Notes under the pieces: model-generated
Told to the model about the DNA's origin: nothing
Seen by the model: only the letters and a program-made list of their open reading frames with translations
The model's database searches: none
In this document: one piece after another, positions 49,472-60,929 of the stretch
Layout: the number at the start of each line of letters is the position of its first letter
Numbering within the stretch: position 1 is the stretch's first letter
Translations under genes and position numbers: made by a program
Origin: an uncultured Verrucomicrobiae bacterium
Lineage (GTDB): Bacteria; Verrucomicrobiota; Verrucomicrobiia; Palsa-1439
Assembly: GCA_963712025.1 (NCBI GenBank)
Contig: CAVQGJ010000010.1
Span: 262,886 to 326,885 of the forward strand
Direction: 5' to 3'
DNA length: 64,000 nucleotides

Positions 49472-51508
49472 TTATTGATTGCCTTGCGATAATCGCGCCA
49501 GCGCAGAACGCGCCGACGCGAGATCTGGCCGGAGCTTCAACGCCTGCTGGTAGTGCTGGATTGCCTCCGGCACTCGACCCGCTTTCTCCAAGGCGGTCCC
49601 CAGAGTGTAGTGCGCCTCGGGGTAATCGGGCTTGATCCGCAGCGCCTGCTCGCACTGGGCAATCGCCTCCGGCGCACGGCCCACATAGACCAAAGCCGTC
49701 GCGAGATTGACGTGTGCCTCGGCGAGATCAGGCCTGAAGCGCAGGACCTGCTCGAACTGGGCGATGGCTTCTTCGAGCCGGCCCGTCTGCGCCAGGGCCA
49801 TCGCGAGATTGTTGTGCGCCTCGACGTAATCGGGTTTGATTCGCACCGCCTGTTCATACTGCCCGATGGCCTCGCTGACTTTCCCCTCCCGCATCAAGGC
49901 ATTTCCCAGATTGCAGTGCCCATCGGCGAAGTCCGGCGTCATCCGCAGGATGTCCTCGTCGCGGGTGACGGTTTGCCCGGTCTTGGAATACAGCCGCCAA
50001 TGGGACACGGGATATTCCCGCGCGAGCACTGTATCGTGCGGAAACCAGGTCGGCGGATCGTCGTCGCCCGAGAGGAACAGATGCGTGGTCGTGGCGGTGA
50101 ACAGCCGGCCCGCTTCGGCCGGTAGTCCACAGTGCGTCTCGTAGACATACAGCCAGCCAATCCGGGCGAAACATCCGAACTCTTGCACCCGCTCGTTCTC
50201 CGGTACTTTGGCCGCCAGTTCCCCGTAGTACCACACCTGCCATTTCGTGCCGTCGCTCATGCACAACTCGACTGGGTGACCGGTTTTTTTATGGGCGCGC
50301 GCCAAATCCTGAATCATCGCGGGGATGTCGGCCATGGTTTTGCTGATGGACATGTGCGTCAGGTTCAAACTCCACGCCGCGGTCACGGTATACGCCACCA
50401 ACAAGCCCGACGACCCCAACCGCAGCCAGCGGAGAGGAGTCCCATCGGCGACATAAGCAATTTGAAGCACGAACAGCGGGATGAAATACATCGCCGCGCG
50501 TTCCACCGGAAACTGGACGTGCGCCAGATAATGCCCGGCGTAAATCTGCCCGACAACAATCAGCGTACAGAACGCCACGATTAAACCAGCCCGACGCCGC
50601 TGCCAAATCAGCCAGATGATTGCCGCCAGAGCCAGGGCGGTGACAATCGGAGCCAGGACGAGCTCCGTCGGGGTTGATGGCCACGGATAGAAGGGGCTGC
50701 CGTGGTACAGAACGCATTTGACCAGCGAGAGGACCGTGTCGCCCACGAAATGTGTGCCGCCCCACCAGAACACCGCGCCGTTTGATTGGCCCATGATGAT
50801 GACTTTCGGCAGATAGCTGGCGCCGACGACCAGCGCGCTCGACGCGAGCGCGAACAGGTACGCCAGTGATTGCCGCCGCAACAGGAACAGCACAATCAGG
50901 AGCACCGCATTGTAGTAGTACAACAGGGAGAGGTTCGACAGCGCCGCCAATGCGCCCGACCACACGGCAACGCAACCCCAACCGGGTCTGTCATCCGAGG
51001 TTTGCAGGGCGGCAGCGGTCGCCAAGAGTGCAAATGCCGTCGCCATGCCGTACCCGCGCCCGATACTGAAATAATCCAGCACATAGGCGTTGACGAGCAG
51101 GGCGGCAAACGCCAGCCGGCCAATCCATCGGTTCGTGAACGATCCCCGGAGTTGCCAGAGTGCTGCGAGGTACACACCGAACGCCGCCAGGCTCGGAACC
51201 CGTATCCGCTGGATCTCGCCAAGCCAGGGCAGCCGGTAGCACCCGCTGGCCGCAAGGATGAACAGGTAATGCTGGAGCGCGTTGAAATCATGCCCGTTTG
51301 CGGCGGTGATACAATCCGCCAAACTGCCGTGCCGGAGGCGATAGAGCACGCCCCACTCGTCCGGCCCCAGCGGCAGGTTGAAAAACCGATAGGCGACGTA
51401 GAACAACCCGAGCAATGTCAGAACAACTTCCACCCGGTATTCCGCGAAAGCGAATCCGCCAAACCACCGGCGTTCACGGCTGTCCAAACTCTTGGACTCC
51501 TGCTTCAT
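49472..51508 (-). CDS. Membrane glycosyltransferase family 39 (PMT/ArnT-like) protein with C-terminal TPR repeats
   Basis: About 11 N-terminal TM helices with GT-C-like loops. The C-terminus has 5-6 TPR units (AIGQYEQAVRIKPDYVEAHNNLAMALAQTGRLEEAIAQFEQVLRFRPD...). Confidence 0.8.
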   Translation of the reverse strand: MKQESKSLDSRERRWFGGFAFAEYRVEVVLTLLGLFYVAYRFFNLPLGPDEWGVLYRLRHGSLADCITAANGHDFNALQHYLFILAASGCYRLPWLGEIQRIRVPSLAAFGVYLAALWQLRGSFTNRWIGRLAFAALLVNAYVLDYFSIGRGYGMATAFALLATAAALQTSDDRPGWGCVAVWSGALAALSNLSLLYYYNAVLLIVLFLLRRQSLAYLFALASSALVVGASYLPKVIIMGQSNGAVFWWGGTHFVGDTVLSLVKCVLYHGSPFYPWPSTPTELVLAPIVTALALAAIIWLIWQRRRAGLIVAFCTLIVVGQIYAGHYLAHVQFPVERAAMYFIPLFVLQIAYVADGTPLRWLRLGSSGLLVAYTVTAAWSLNLTHMSISKTMADIPAMIQDLARAHKKTGHPVELCMSDGTKWQVWYYGELAAKVPENERVQEFGCFARIGWLYVYETHCGLPAEAGRLFTATTTHLFLSGDDDPPTWFPHDTVLAREYPVSHWRLYSKTGQTVTRDEDILRMTPDFADGHCNLGNALMREGKVSEAIGQYEQAVRIKPDYVEAHNNLAMALAQTGRLEEAIAQFEQVLRFRPDLAEAHVNLATALVYVGRAPEAIAQCEQALRIKPDYPEAHYTLGTALEKAGRVPEAIQHYQQALKLRPDLASARSALARLSQGNQ

Positions 51509-51709
51509 CTAGTGCACCTTGCGCGCTTTCATGATAGCCAAAACTTGGACGGACATTTCCCACATGGTTTTATCGACGAATGTGCGTGCAGCATACTGAC
51601 AAACGCGGACAGCGGGAAGCACAAAGCCGGTGGACTCTGGAGAAGGTCTCGCAAACTCAAAACTGCGCCCTCGTATCTTTTGGGATTTCGTTACGGCACC
51701 AGCAATGCA

Positions 51710-52744
51710 TTAAACCTTCCGCTGCACCAGCACCTTGAACGTCCGGCCCATCATTTCGGGGTGCATAAGTCCGTGGATGGCGGCGCGCTCTTTGCTGGGT
51801 TGGCCGGCCGTGCGTTCGACAATCTCCGCAATCTCGGATTCCCCAATCTGCAATAAATAATGGCTCTGGTCGGTGAAGAAGACAGGTTCGAGTCCGAGCT
51901 TCCTTCCGCGTTCGATCAGCGACGTGAACTCGATGTGTGCGGTAATATCCTGCTCGCCAATGTTCCCATACGGGTTCGCGCTTCTGGTGTGTTGGTGATA
52001 ACAGAGCAGCGTGCCATCGCGATGGTGCGGCGCGAAATATTCATGACGCTCGTAACCGTAGTCGATGGTGACGATCCAGCCGCGTTTCAATCGTTTTCCC
52101 ACGTTCGACAGCCAATCCAACGCGCGCAAGTTCACCTCGGTGCGGTAGCCTTCCATGTGTTGGACGGGCAGATCGCTGAGAAACTCGGCAAGACGCGGCG
52201 TCGAGAGCGGCCCGAGCGATTCTTTGAAATCGGCATTCACGTAGACTTCCTGCCACGTTCCATCTTTCACTTGAACGACGTGAACCGGCAACGCATCGAG
52301 AAATTCGTTGGAGAAAACGCACCCGACGATCGAATCGGGAATGGAATCACCCGCCTCGATGATGCGATACCGCAGGTCCGGGGCCGCCGCGAGCACATCG
52401 GCGCGCAATTGGCCGCGGTGTCCGCCAAACTCGACAACCTCAAACTCGGCCGGGTTGCCCAATTCCTTCCGAAAATTCAGAAACTGTTTCGCGAGCAGTC
52501 TTCCGAAGAGCGGCCCAACGCTCACGCTGGTGAAGAAATCGCCGCGCTTCCCAATCTTTTCGCGTCGGCTGGCGTAATAGCCGAATCGCGGGTGATACAG
52601 CGCCAGTTCCATGAACCGCGCGAACGTGATCCGCCCGCCCGCGTCGATGTCGCGCCGGATTTCACGGACCAAATCGGGGTTGCCGTCCACGCGGTTACGA
52701 TAGCCGAGCCGCGCGCGTGGATGAAGGCGAAAGAACACTTGCAA
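51710..52744 (-). CDS. MidA / NDUFAF7-like (DUF185) class I SAM-dependent methyltransferase
   Basis: ITFARFMELALYHPRFGYYAS...GDFFTSVSVGPLFG...EVVEFGGHRGQLRAD...FSNEFLDALPVH: the MidA family signature. It is divergent from nuoA with only ~33 bp between the two start codons. Confidence 0.75.
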   Translation of the reverse strand: MQVFFRLHPRARLGYRNRVDGNPDLVREIRRDIDAGGRITFARFMELALYHPRFGYYASRREKIGKRGDFFTSVSVGPLFGRLLAKQFLNFRKELGNPAEFEVVEFGGHRGQLRADVLAAAPDLRYRIIEAGDSIPDSIVGCVFSNEFLDALPVHVVQVKDGTWQEVYVNADFKESLGPLSTPRLAEFLSDLPVQHMEGYRTEVNLRALDWLSNVGKRLKRGWIVTIDYGYERHEYFAPHHRDGTLLCYHQHTRSANPYGNIGEQDITAHIEFTSLIERGRKLGLEPVFFTDQSHYLLQIGESEIAEIVERTAGQPSKERAAIHGLMHPEMMGRTFKVLVQRKV

Positions 52745-52777
52745 GCGGCACGAGTTTTGGTAGGTTCCTTGTGAAAT

Positions 52778-53299
52778 GTGTCACAAAGTCCGCCCGCAGG
52801 CGTGACGGGCGTACCGAGTGGGGTTTTCATGGCTGAGCAACTACAACAATACGTGCCGGTCGGGCTCTTATTGCTGGTCGCAATCGGGTTTGCCACCGCG
52901 ACCATGCTGTCGCCCCTGATTCTCGGCAAGCCGCGCGTCCACGACCCGATCAAGGACAGCGCCTACGAGTGCGGTCTGCCGCCGATGGCCGACGCGCATA
53001 CGCGTTTCAGCGTCAAATTCTACCTCATCGCCATGTTGTTCATCGTGTTCGACATCGAAGTGGTGTTCATGCTCGGGTGGGGCGCGGTGTTCCGCGACAT
53101 GATCAAACCCGTCGCCGAAGGCGGTATCGGCATCAAAATGCTCTTGGGTGCGGTGCTGTTCCTGGGGATTCTTGAAGTCGGCCACATTTACGCCTGGAAA
53201 AAGGGTGCCCTCGACTGGGCCCCGCGCAAGGAACACTTGCCCGAGCCGAAACCTGCCGTGACGAAGGTGGAAAAGAAACCGGAGTTGGTGGCGTCATGA
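52778..53299 (+). CDS. nuoA: NADH-quinone oxidoreductase subunit A
   Basis: [22 protein letters not shown] is the NuoA signature. An alternative start is MAEQL at 52829. Confidence 0.85.
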   Translation: MSQSPPAGVTGVPSGVFMAEQLQQYVPVGLLLLVAIGFATATMLSPLILGKPRVHDPIKDSAYECGLPPMADAHTRFSVKFYLIAMLFIVFDIEVVFMLGWGAVFRDMIKPVAEGGIGIKMLLGAVLFLGILEVGHIYAWKKGALDWAPRKEHLPEPKPAVTKVEKKPELVAS

Positions 53300-53881
53300 G
53301 CCAACGCCTCGAAACAGGATTCGACCCGAAGGTGGAAGGTCGCGACGTGATCGTCACGAGCGTGGATGCCGCGATTGACTGGGTCCGCAAGAATTCCTGC
53401 TGGCCGATGCCGATGGGACTCGCTTGTTGCGCGATCGAATTGATGGCCGCGGGCGCCAGCCGCTTCGACATCGCGCGGTTCGGCGCGGAAGTGATGCGGT
53501 TCTCGCCGCGTCAGTCCGACCTGATGATCGTGGCCGGCACCTGCGTGTACAAGATGGCCGGCGTGGTCAAGCGCGTGTGGGACCAGATGCCCAATCCGAA
53601 GTGGTGTATTGCGATGGGCGCGTGCGCCAGTTCGGGCGGCATGTATCGCAGTTACGCCGTCGTGCAAGGCGTGGATCATTTTCTGCCCGGTGGATGTCTA
53701 TATCTCCGGCTGCCCGCCGCGACCCGAGGCGCTCCTGGAAGGGTTGATGGCCATCCAGCGCAAGATCGCCCACGAGAAGGCCGTCGTGAATATGAAAACG
53801 GGCAACGGCCCCGGGATTTCCTCGCCCATCAGCGGACCGATCATCGTCCGCGGCGAATACGCGCCGAAGCTCAAGGGTTGA
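53296..53881 (+). CDS. nuoB: NADH-quinone oxidoreductase subunit B; frameshifted at 53686-53690
   Basis: [13 protein letters not shown]...[42 protein letters not shown], then in the +1 frame [26 protein letters not shown]. Confidence 0.88.
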
Positions 53882-53887
53882 CACGCG

Positions 53888-54520
53888 ATGAACCTGCAAG
53901 CGGCCATCGACAGATTGAAGGTGCGGTTCGGGGAAGCGGTTTCCGGTCCCGTCGAATTTCGCGGCGAGACCACGCTCACGGTATCGCGCGACAAGATCGT
54001 CGCCGCCTGCGCGTTCCTCAAGAAGGAAGGCGGCTTCGACATGCTGACGGATCTCTCGGGCGTGGACAATTACGGCGAGGACCCGCGGTACGAGGTCGAC
54101 TACCTGTTGTACTCGCTGGCGCAACATTGCTATTTGCGGTTGAAGGTGCGCGTGTCTGAGGACGACATGGTGGTGGACAGCGTTACCGGCGTGTGGCGGG
54201 GAGCGGACTGGCACGAGCGCGAGGCGTTCGACATGTTCGGCATCCGCTTTCGCGGACACCCGAACCTGAAGCGCATCCTGATGTGGGAAGGCTATCCGCA
54301 TCACCCGTTGCGCAAGGATTTCCCGCTCGCCGGTATCCCGGCCGAACTGCCCGGAAACAGCGGTCAATGCCGACACGGTGCGCACCGCGCCGATGTTGGG
54401 CGGGCCGTTCGTGGCTTCCAGTGGCACGCGCAGTTCGATCCGCCGCGAGCCGCGTCAGTTCGACACGCTCGCGGAGCAACAGGAGAAACTGACGCACCCG
54501 ACGAAGAAGGAATCCGTGTA
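53888..54520 (+). CDS. nuoC: NADH-quinone oxidoreductase subunit C; frameshifted at 54350-54354
   Basis: ...[55 protein letters not shown], then the +1 frame [11 protein letters not shown]... runs to TAG 54518, just before the nuoD ATG at 54525. Confidence 0.85.
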
Positions 54521-54524
54521 GTTC

Positions 54525-55764
54525 ATGACCACGAAGCACGAAATGGAGTTGATCGATTCCGCCGCCCGCGCGCAGCAGGTGATGGAAGAAGAGCTGGCCG
54601 GCGAGAAGATGGTCCTCAACATGGGGCCGCAGCACCCGAGCACGCACGGGGTGTTGCGCATCGTGCTCGAACTCGACGGCGAAGAGATCGTCAACGCCTG
54701 GCCGGATGTCGGTTACCTGCATCGCGGCGACGAGAAGATCGCCGAGAACATGACGTACACGCAGTTCATTCCCGTACACCGACCGCCTCGATTATCTCGC
54801 GCCGCTGGCCAACAACGTCACCTACGCCTACGCCGTCGAGAAACTGCTGGGGATGGATGTGCCGCCGCGCTGCAAATACATTCGCGTCATCTGCGCCGAA
54901 CTCGCCCGCATCAGTTCGCACCTGCTCGGCTTGGGCAGCTTCGGCATGGACGTCGGGGCGATGACCGTGTTCCTCTACACGTTTCGCGAGCGCGAAAAGA
55001 TTTACGACATGGCCGAATGCATCAGCGGCGCGCGGTTCACGACCAGCTACACCCGCATCGGCGGACTGGCGAAGGATATGCCGCCCGAGTTCGTGCCGAT
55101 GCTGCGCAGTTTTCTGAAGGAATTTCCCGCGACCATCGATGAAGTCGACAAACTGCTCACCCGCAACCGGATTTTCTGCGAACGCGCCCGCGGCATCGGT
55201 GTGCTCCCGAAGGAAATCGCGATCGATCTCGGCGTCACGGGCCCGTGCCTGCGCGGATCGGGTGTGGATTGGGACATCCGCAAGGCGCATCCCTACAGCA
55301 GTTATGAGGATTTCGAATTCGAGGTGCCGGTCGGCACGGTCGGGGACAGTTACGACCGCTATCTCGTGCGCATGGAGGAGATGCGGCAGAGCGTGCGCAT
55401 TCTCCAGCAGGCCATCGACAATCTGCCCGATGGCCCGGTGAATTCGCCCGATGCCAAGATTTTGTTGCCGGACAAGGAAGCCGTGCTGACGAAGATGGAG
55501 GAATTGATCCATCACTTCATCAACGTCACCGAAGGCATCAACGCGCCGCCGGGCGAGGTTTATTTCTCCGCGGAGAATCCGAAGGGCGAACTCGGGTTCT
55601 ACATCGTCAGCAAAGGGGGCGGCACGCCGCACCGCTTGAAGATTCGCGCGCCGTCGTTCGTGAACCTGCAGGCGCTGCCCATCATGGCCAAAGGCCACAT
55701 GATGAGCGACATGGTCACCATCCTCGCCAGCCTCGATTTCGTGATGGGAGAGTGTGACCGCTAG
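54525..55764 (+). CDS. nuoD: NADH-quinone oxidoreductase subunit D; frameshifted at 54771-54774
   Basis: [49 protein letters not shown], then +1: [64 protein letters not shown]...[14 protein letters not shown]. Confidence 0.9.
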
Positions 55765-55779
55765 ATTCCCGATTTTTCA

Positions 55780-56283
55780 ATGGCACTGAACGTTCCAACA
55801 GAACTCGAGAAGCACATCGACGAGATCGTCACGCATTACCCGCCGCAGCACAAACGGGCGGCGGTGCTGTGGCTGTTGCATCTCTTGCAGGAACAGTTCG
55901 GCCAACTCGGCAAGGAACAGGTCGAGTGGACGGCGACCAAGCTCGGCCTGCAGCCGATCAACGTGTGGGAGTTGATCACGTTCTACCCGATGTTCACGGC
56001 CAAACCGCGCGGCAAGTTCCACATCAAGGTCTGCCGCACGCTCTCATGCGAACTCTGCGGCTGCGGCGGCATCCTCGAACGATTGCAGAAGAAACTCGGC
56101 GTCAAGCTGGACGAGAACACGAGCGATGGTCTGTTCACGATTTCCACGGTCGAATGTCTGGCGGCCTGCGGCACCGGCCCGGTGATGATGGTCAACGACG
56201 AGTTGTTCGAGAACCTCACGCCCGACAAGGCCGAGGCGATCGTCAACCGGATCAAGACCACGGGCAAACTCGAGCCGCAACCA
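55780..56283 (+). CDS. nuoE: NADH-quinone oxidoreductase subunit E. There is no in-frame stop before nuoF, so the E/F boundary is approximate.
   Basis: Thioredoxin-like [2Fe-2S] motifs: [10 protein letters not shown] and [19 protein letters not shown]. The frame runs straight on through ...[33 protein letters not shown] into NuoF. Confidence 0.8.
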
Positions 56284-57583
56284 TTGCCGCCGGTATTGCC
56301 CGCGCATCCGCTGGAGAAGCGCGTCCTGATGGCCAACATGAGCAAGCCCGGCTACAAGGGCGCGATCGAGGACTACGTTCGCGAGGGCGGCTACAAGGCG
56401 TTGCCGAAAGCGCTCGGCATGAAGCCCGAGGAAATCGTCGCCGAGGTCAAAAACAGCGAGGTTCGCGGACGCGGCGGCGCGGGTTTTCCCTGCGGCATGA
56501 AATGGAGCTTTCTCGCCAAGGGCACCGGCAAGCCGATTTATCTGGTCTGTAACGCCGACGAGTCCGAGCCCGGCACGTTCAAGGACCGTCAGCTTCTCCA
56601 TTACGATCCGCACCAGCTTGATCGAGGGCATCCTCGTCTCGTGCTACGCCGTCGGCGCGCACGCGGCCTACATTTATATTCGTGGCGAGATGCCTTACGG
56701 CGCGAAGATTCTCATCAACGCCATCGAGGAGGCGCGCGCGAAGAAGTTCCTCGGCAAAAATATCCTCGGCAAGGGGTTCGACTGCGAGATTTACGTTCAT
56801 CGCGGCGCGGGCGCGTATATCTGCGGCGAAGAAACGGGTCTCATCGAATCGCTCGAAGGCAAACGCGCCTATCCGCGCATCAAACCGCCGTTCCCGGCGG
56901 TGGTCGGCCTGTTCGGTTGTCCGACCGTGGTGAACAACGTCGAGACGCTGTCGAACATCCCGCATATCATCAACAATGGCGCGGCGTGGTTCAAGGGAAT
57001 GGGCGTGCCCGGCTCGACCGGCACGCGCTTGGTCTGCGTCAGCGGCCCGGTGAAACGGCCCGGCTACTACGAATTCGAGATGGGCAAACTGACGATGCGC
57101 CAACTCATCTATGATTTGTGCGGCGGGCTTCAGGAGGGCCGCCAATTGAAAGGCGTGGTGCCCGGTGGCAGCTCGATGCCCGTGCTCAAAGCCGACCAGA
57201 TTGATGTGGCGCTGGATTTCGAATCGTTGCGCAAAGCCGGCACGATGGCCGGTTCGGGTGGCGTAATCGTGCTCGATGATACGGTCGACATCGTGCAGAG
57301 CACGCTCAATGTCGCGCAGTTTTACGCGCACGAGTCGTGCGGCCAGTGCACGCCGTGCCGCGAAGGCACGCTGTGGATGGAGAAAATGCTCCACCGCATC
57401 AAACACGGCCATGGCCGGCCCGAGGACGTGGATCTGCTCTGGGATGTCGCCGACAACATCGACGGCAAGACGATCTGCCCGCTCGGTGAAGCCGCCGCCT
57501 GGCCCGTGAAAGCCTTCGTCACGAAATACCGCGGCGAGTTCGAGAAGGCGTGCAAGAATGGCAACGGAACGAAGAAGCATTAA
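56284..57583 (+). CDS. nuoF: NADH-quinone oxidoreductase subunit F; frameshifted near 56617-56620. The start is uncertain: TTG 56284/56296 or ATG 56329.
   Basis: [35 protein letters not shown]..., then +1: [23 protein letters not shown]...[26 protein letters not shown]...[12 protein letters not shown]. Confidence 0.88.
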
Positions 57584-59291
57584 GATGCCTGACAACACGA
57601 TTAAACTAACGATCGACGGCAAAGAGGTCGCGGCCCCGAAGGGGATGAACCTGATCGAGGCGGCGAAGCTTGCCGGCATCGAGGTGCCGCACTATTGCTA
57701 TCATCCGAAGTTGGCGGTGGTGGGCAACTGCCGCATGTGCCTCGTCGATGTCGGTATGCCGAAGATGGGCCCGGACAGGAAGCCGGAGATGGGACCCGAC
57801 GGCAAACCCGTGATCATGTTTGGCCCGAAGCTGACCATCGGCTGCAATACGTCCGTGGGCGAGGGCATGGTGGTCCATACGCGTTCGCCGAAAGTGATCA
57901 AGGCGCGCGAGGGCGTGATGGAATTCCTGCTCATCAATCATCCGCTCGATTGCCCGATCTGCGACCAGGCCGGCGAATGCCGCTTGCAGGAGTTCAGCGT
58001 CGACTACGGCAAAGGCCAGAGCCGCTTCGTGGAAGAGAAGGTCCACAAACCGAAGAAGACGGAAATCGGCCCGAAGATCATGCTCGACGACGAACGCTGC
58101 ATCCTTTGCTCGCGGTGCGTCCGCTTCATGAAGGACGTGGCGGGCCAGGATTGCCTCGGGTTCGTGAATCGCGGCAGTTATTCCACGCTGACATGTTACC
58201 CCGGCATGGAACCGAACACGAATTACGATCTCAACATCACCGATATCTGCCCCGTCGGCGCGCTCACGTCGAATGATTTCCGGTTCAAGCAGCGCGTGTG
58301 GTTCCTGAAAGAGACGAAGAGCGTGTGCCCGAATTGCGCCACGGGTTGCAACACCGTCTTGTGGTCGCGGGAAGGCGTCGTGCACCGACAGACGCCGCGC
58401 GACAACGACGCAGTCAATCAATGCTGGATGTGCGACTCGGGCCGGCTGCACTACAAGTTTATCAACGATCCCCGATCGCATTACTCGCGCCCACCGTGAA
58501 GTCGTCGGCGATGGGCGAACGACTCACCTTGACATGGCCTGAGGCGACGCGGCAGATCGCGGAGAGACTCGGGCCGCTGAAGGGCGATGGTTCGGCCATC
58601 GCCGCGATTGGGACCGCGCGCGCGACGACCGAGGAGTTGTTCCTGTTCAACAAACTCGTGCGCGAAGTTCTGGGCGCGGAGTTGGTGGATTGCGTGCCGC
58701 ACACCGGCGAAGGCGATAAATTCCTGCTGAATGCCGACCGCAATCCAAACACGAATGGCGCGAGGCTGACGGGCGTTGCGGGCGAGGCGATGGGCAGCCG
58801 GATTCCGGCCATTGCCGAGGCAATCAAGTCGGGCAAGATCAAGGCGCTGCTCGTTCACGGTGAGAACGTGTCGAAATACGGAATCGCCGAGGACGCGCTC
58901 GCGAAGCTGGATTTGCTGGTGGTCATCGATACCCTGCCGAACAAGGCGACGGAACTGGCGCACTACGTCCTGCCCGGCGCGACCTTCGCCGAAAAGCGCG
59001 GCACGTTCATCAATGCCAAGAACCGCCTGCAACGGTTGAACACGGCGAGTCCCATCACCCGGCATCGCGCGGCCGGAATGGCAGACATTTGCGGCGCTGC
59101 TGAACGAATTGGGCGGCGACGGCGGTTATCTGGCGATTGAAGATGTGTTTGCCGACATGGCGCGGTCGCTTACGCCGCTGGCGGGACTGAATCTTTCCAA
59201 GATTGGCGATCTCGGCGTCGAACTGAAGCCCGCGGCGGAACCAAAAGGTGAGGCGAAGACCGAGGCCGCCGCCGCAGGAGCGAAGGCATGA
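57558..59291 (+). CDS. nuoG: NADH-quinone oxidoreductase subunit G; two frameshifts (58471-58475 and near 59057-59062). Likely start MPDNTIKL at 57585.
   Basis: CYHPKLAVVGNCRMCLVDV, HPLDCPICDQAGECRLQ, CILCSRCVRF, CPVGALTS. Then a -1 shift gives ...IALLAPTVKSSAMGERLTLTWPEATRQIAERL, and a +1 shift gives ...GIARPEWQTFAALLNELGGDGGYLAIEDVF... ending in a TGA that overlaps the nuoH ATG. Confidence 0.88.
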
Positions 59292-60325
59292 TTCCATTGC
59301 TTCTCATTCATCTCATCAAGATTGCCTGTGTCATCGGCGTAATGCTGGGCATTGTGGCGTACACGGTGCTGGCGGAACGCAAGATTTGCGCGTGGATGCA
59401 GGATCGCATCGGGCCAAACCGCGTCGGGCCGTTCGGTCTGTTGCAGCCGCTGGCCGATGGCTTGAAATTCGTTTTCAAGGAGGACGTGCTGCCGCATCAC
59501 GTCAACAAGGTCTATTTCACCTTGGCGCCCATGATTGCCATGATCCCCGCTCTGATCACGATTGCGGTCGTGCCGTGGGGCAGCCAGTTGGTGATTCCCC
59601 GCATTTCGCCCGAGCCGATCCCGTGCGTGATTGCCAACCTGAATGTCGGCATCCTGTTCGTGTTCGCGATTGCCTCGCTGGGGGTGTACGGCATCGTGCT
59701 GGCGGGGTGGTCGAGCAACTCGAAGTATCCGTTCCTCGGCGGCATCCGCTCCAGCGCGCAGATGATTTCCTACGAAGTCTGCCTCGGATTGAGCGTGGTG
59801 CCGGTGTTCATGCAGGTCGGCTCGCTCAATCTCCCGAAGGTGGTCGAATACCAGACGCAGCACACGTGGCTGGGGTTCACCCAGCCGCTGTCGTTTTTCA
59901 TTTTCCTCGTAAGCGCGTTTGCCGAGACCAACCGCCTGCCGTTCGATTTACCCGAGGCGGAACAGGAGCTGGTCGGTGGGTACCACACCGAGTACAGCTC
60001 CATGAAGTTCGCGATGTTCTTCATGGGTGAATACGCCGCGATGTTCGTGGCCTCGGCGCTGATGGCAACGCTGTTTTTCGGCGGTTGGTCGCTGCCGTTC
60101 GCGCCGTTCAACGCGCCCGCGCTAACGCTCGGCGTGGGCCTGGCGCATATCGGCATCTTCCTGGCGAAAGTGTGCTGTTTCCTGTTCTTCTTCATTTGGG
60201 TGCGGTGGACGATCCCGCGATTCCGCTATGACCAACTGATGACGTTGGGATGGAAGATCTTCATCCCGCTGACGCTGTTGAACATTCTGATTTCCGGAGT
60301 CGTGCTGGCGGCGATGACGAAATGA
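59288..60325 (+). CDS. nuoH: NADH-quinone oxidoreductase subunit H
   Basis: LAERKICAWMQDRIGPNRVGPFGLLQPLADGLKF ... GWSSNSKYPFLGGIRSSAQMISYEV ... ETNRLPFDLPEAEQELVGGYHTEYS. Confidence 0.93.
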   Translation: MIPLLLIHLIKIACVIGVMLGIVAYTVLAERKICAWMQDRIGPNRVGPFGLLQPLADGLKFVFKEDVLPHHVNKVYFTLAPMIAMIPALITIAVVPWGSQLVIPRISPEPIPCVIANLNVGILFVFAIASLGVYGIVLAGWSSNSKYPFLGGIRSSAQMISYEVCLGLSVVPVFMQVGSLNLPKVVEYQTQHTWLGFTQPLSFFIFLVSAFAETNRLPFDLPEAEQELVGGYHTEYSSMKFAMFFMGEYAAMFVASALMATLFFGGWSLPFAPFNAPALTLGVGLAHIGIFLAKVCCFLFFFIWVRWTIPRFRYDQLMTLGWKIFIPLTLLNILISGVVLAAMTK

Positions 60326-60897
60326 CCATGCAAGTCAAACGGCCAAAACTGACGATTTGGGAGCGGACGTATCTTCCGCAGATTTTGCACGGGATGTGGC
60401 TGACCCTGTGCCACATCCCGCGGCGGAAGTTCACGCGTCATTATCCGGAGGAGAAACCGCCGCTCTATGGCGCGTATCGCGGCGCGCCGACGCTGGTGAA
60501 GGACCCCGAGGGACGAGTCAAATGCGTTTCGTGCCAATTGTGCGAGTTCGTTTGTCCACCGAAGGCGATCCGCATCACGCCGGGCGCGCGGCCGGATGAC
60601 GTTCCCGACGCCAATGTCGAAAAGGAACCCGAGGATTTCGTCATCGACATGTTGCGCTGCATTTATTGCGGGTACTGCGAGGAAGTGTGTCCCGAAGAGG
60701 CGATCTTCCTGAAGCAGGATTTTGCGATCGCCGGGTACACGCGCGAAGAACTACAGTTTCACAAGGAGAAGTTGCTGGAATTGGGAGGCGTGCAACCGGA
60801 CTCGATTTGGAAATGGAAATTCAAGGGGGCGCCGCCGCTGGATGCGCCGGGTGCAAGTGTGAGAAATCCACAGACGGACGCAGATAAACACCGATGA
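60322..60897 (+). CDS. nuoI: NADH-quinone oxidoreductase subunit I (2x[4Fe-4S])
   Basis: The ATG overlaps the nuoH stop (ATGA). Cluster motifs CVSCQLCEFVCP and CIYCGYCEEVCP. Confidence 0.9.
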   Translation: MTMQVKRPKLTIWERTYLPQILHGMWLTLCHIPRRKFTRHYPEEKPPLYGAYRGAPTLVKDPEGRVKCVSCQLCEFVCPPKAIRITPGARPDDVPDANVEKEPEDFVIDMLRCIYCGYCEEVCPEEAIFLKQDFAIAGYTREELQFHKEKLLELGGVQPDSIWKWKFKGAPPLDAPGASVRNPQTDADKHR

Positions 60898-60929
60898 GTG
60901 TCCGTGTGAATCTGTGGCGTAACTGACCG

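Noticed and set aside
55780-57583. A frameshift as the explanation for the missing nuoE stop
   Set aside because: Both flanking segments (NuoE C-terminus and NuoF N-terminus HPLEKRVL...) are in the same frame, and neither alternative frame gives protein-like sequence with a stop. An indel therefore does not explain it; a fusion or a substituted stop codon remain possible.
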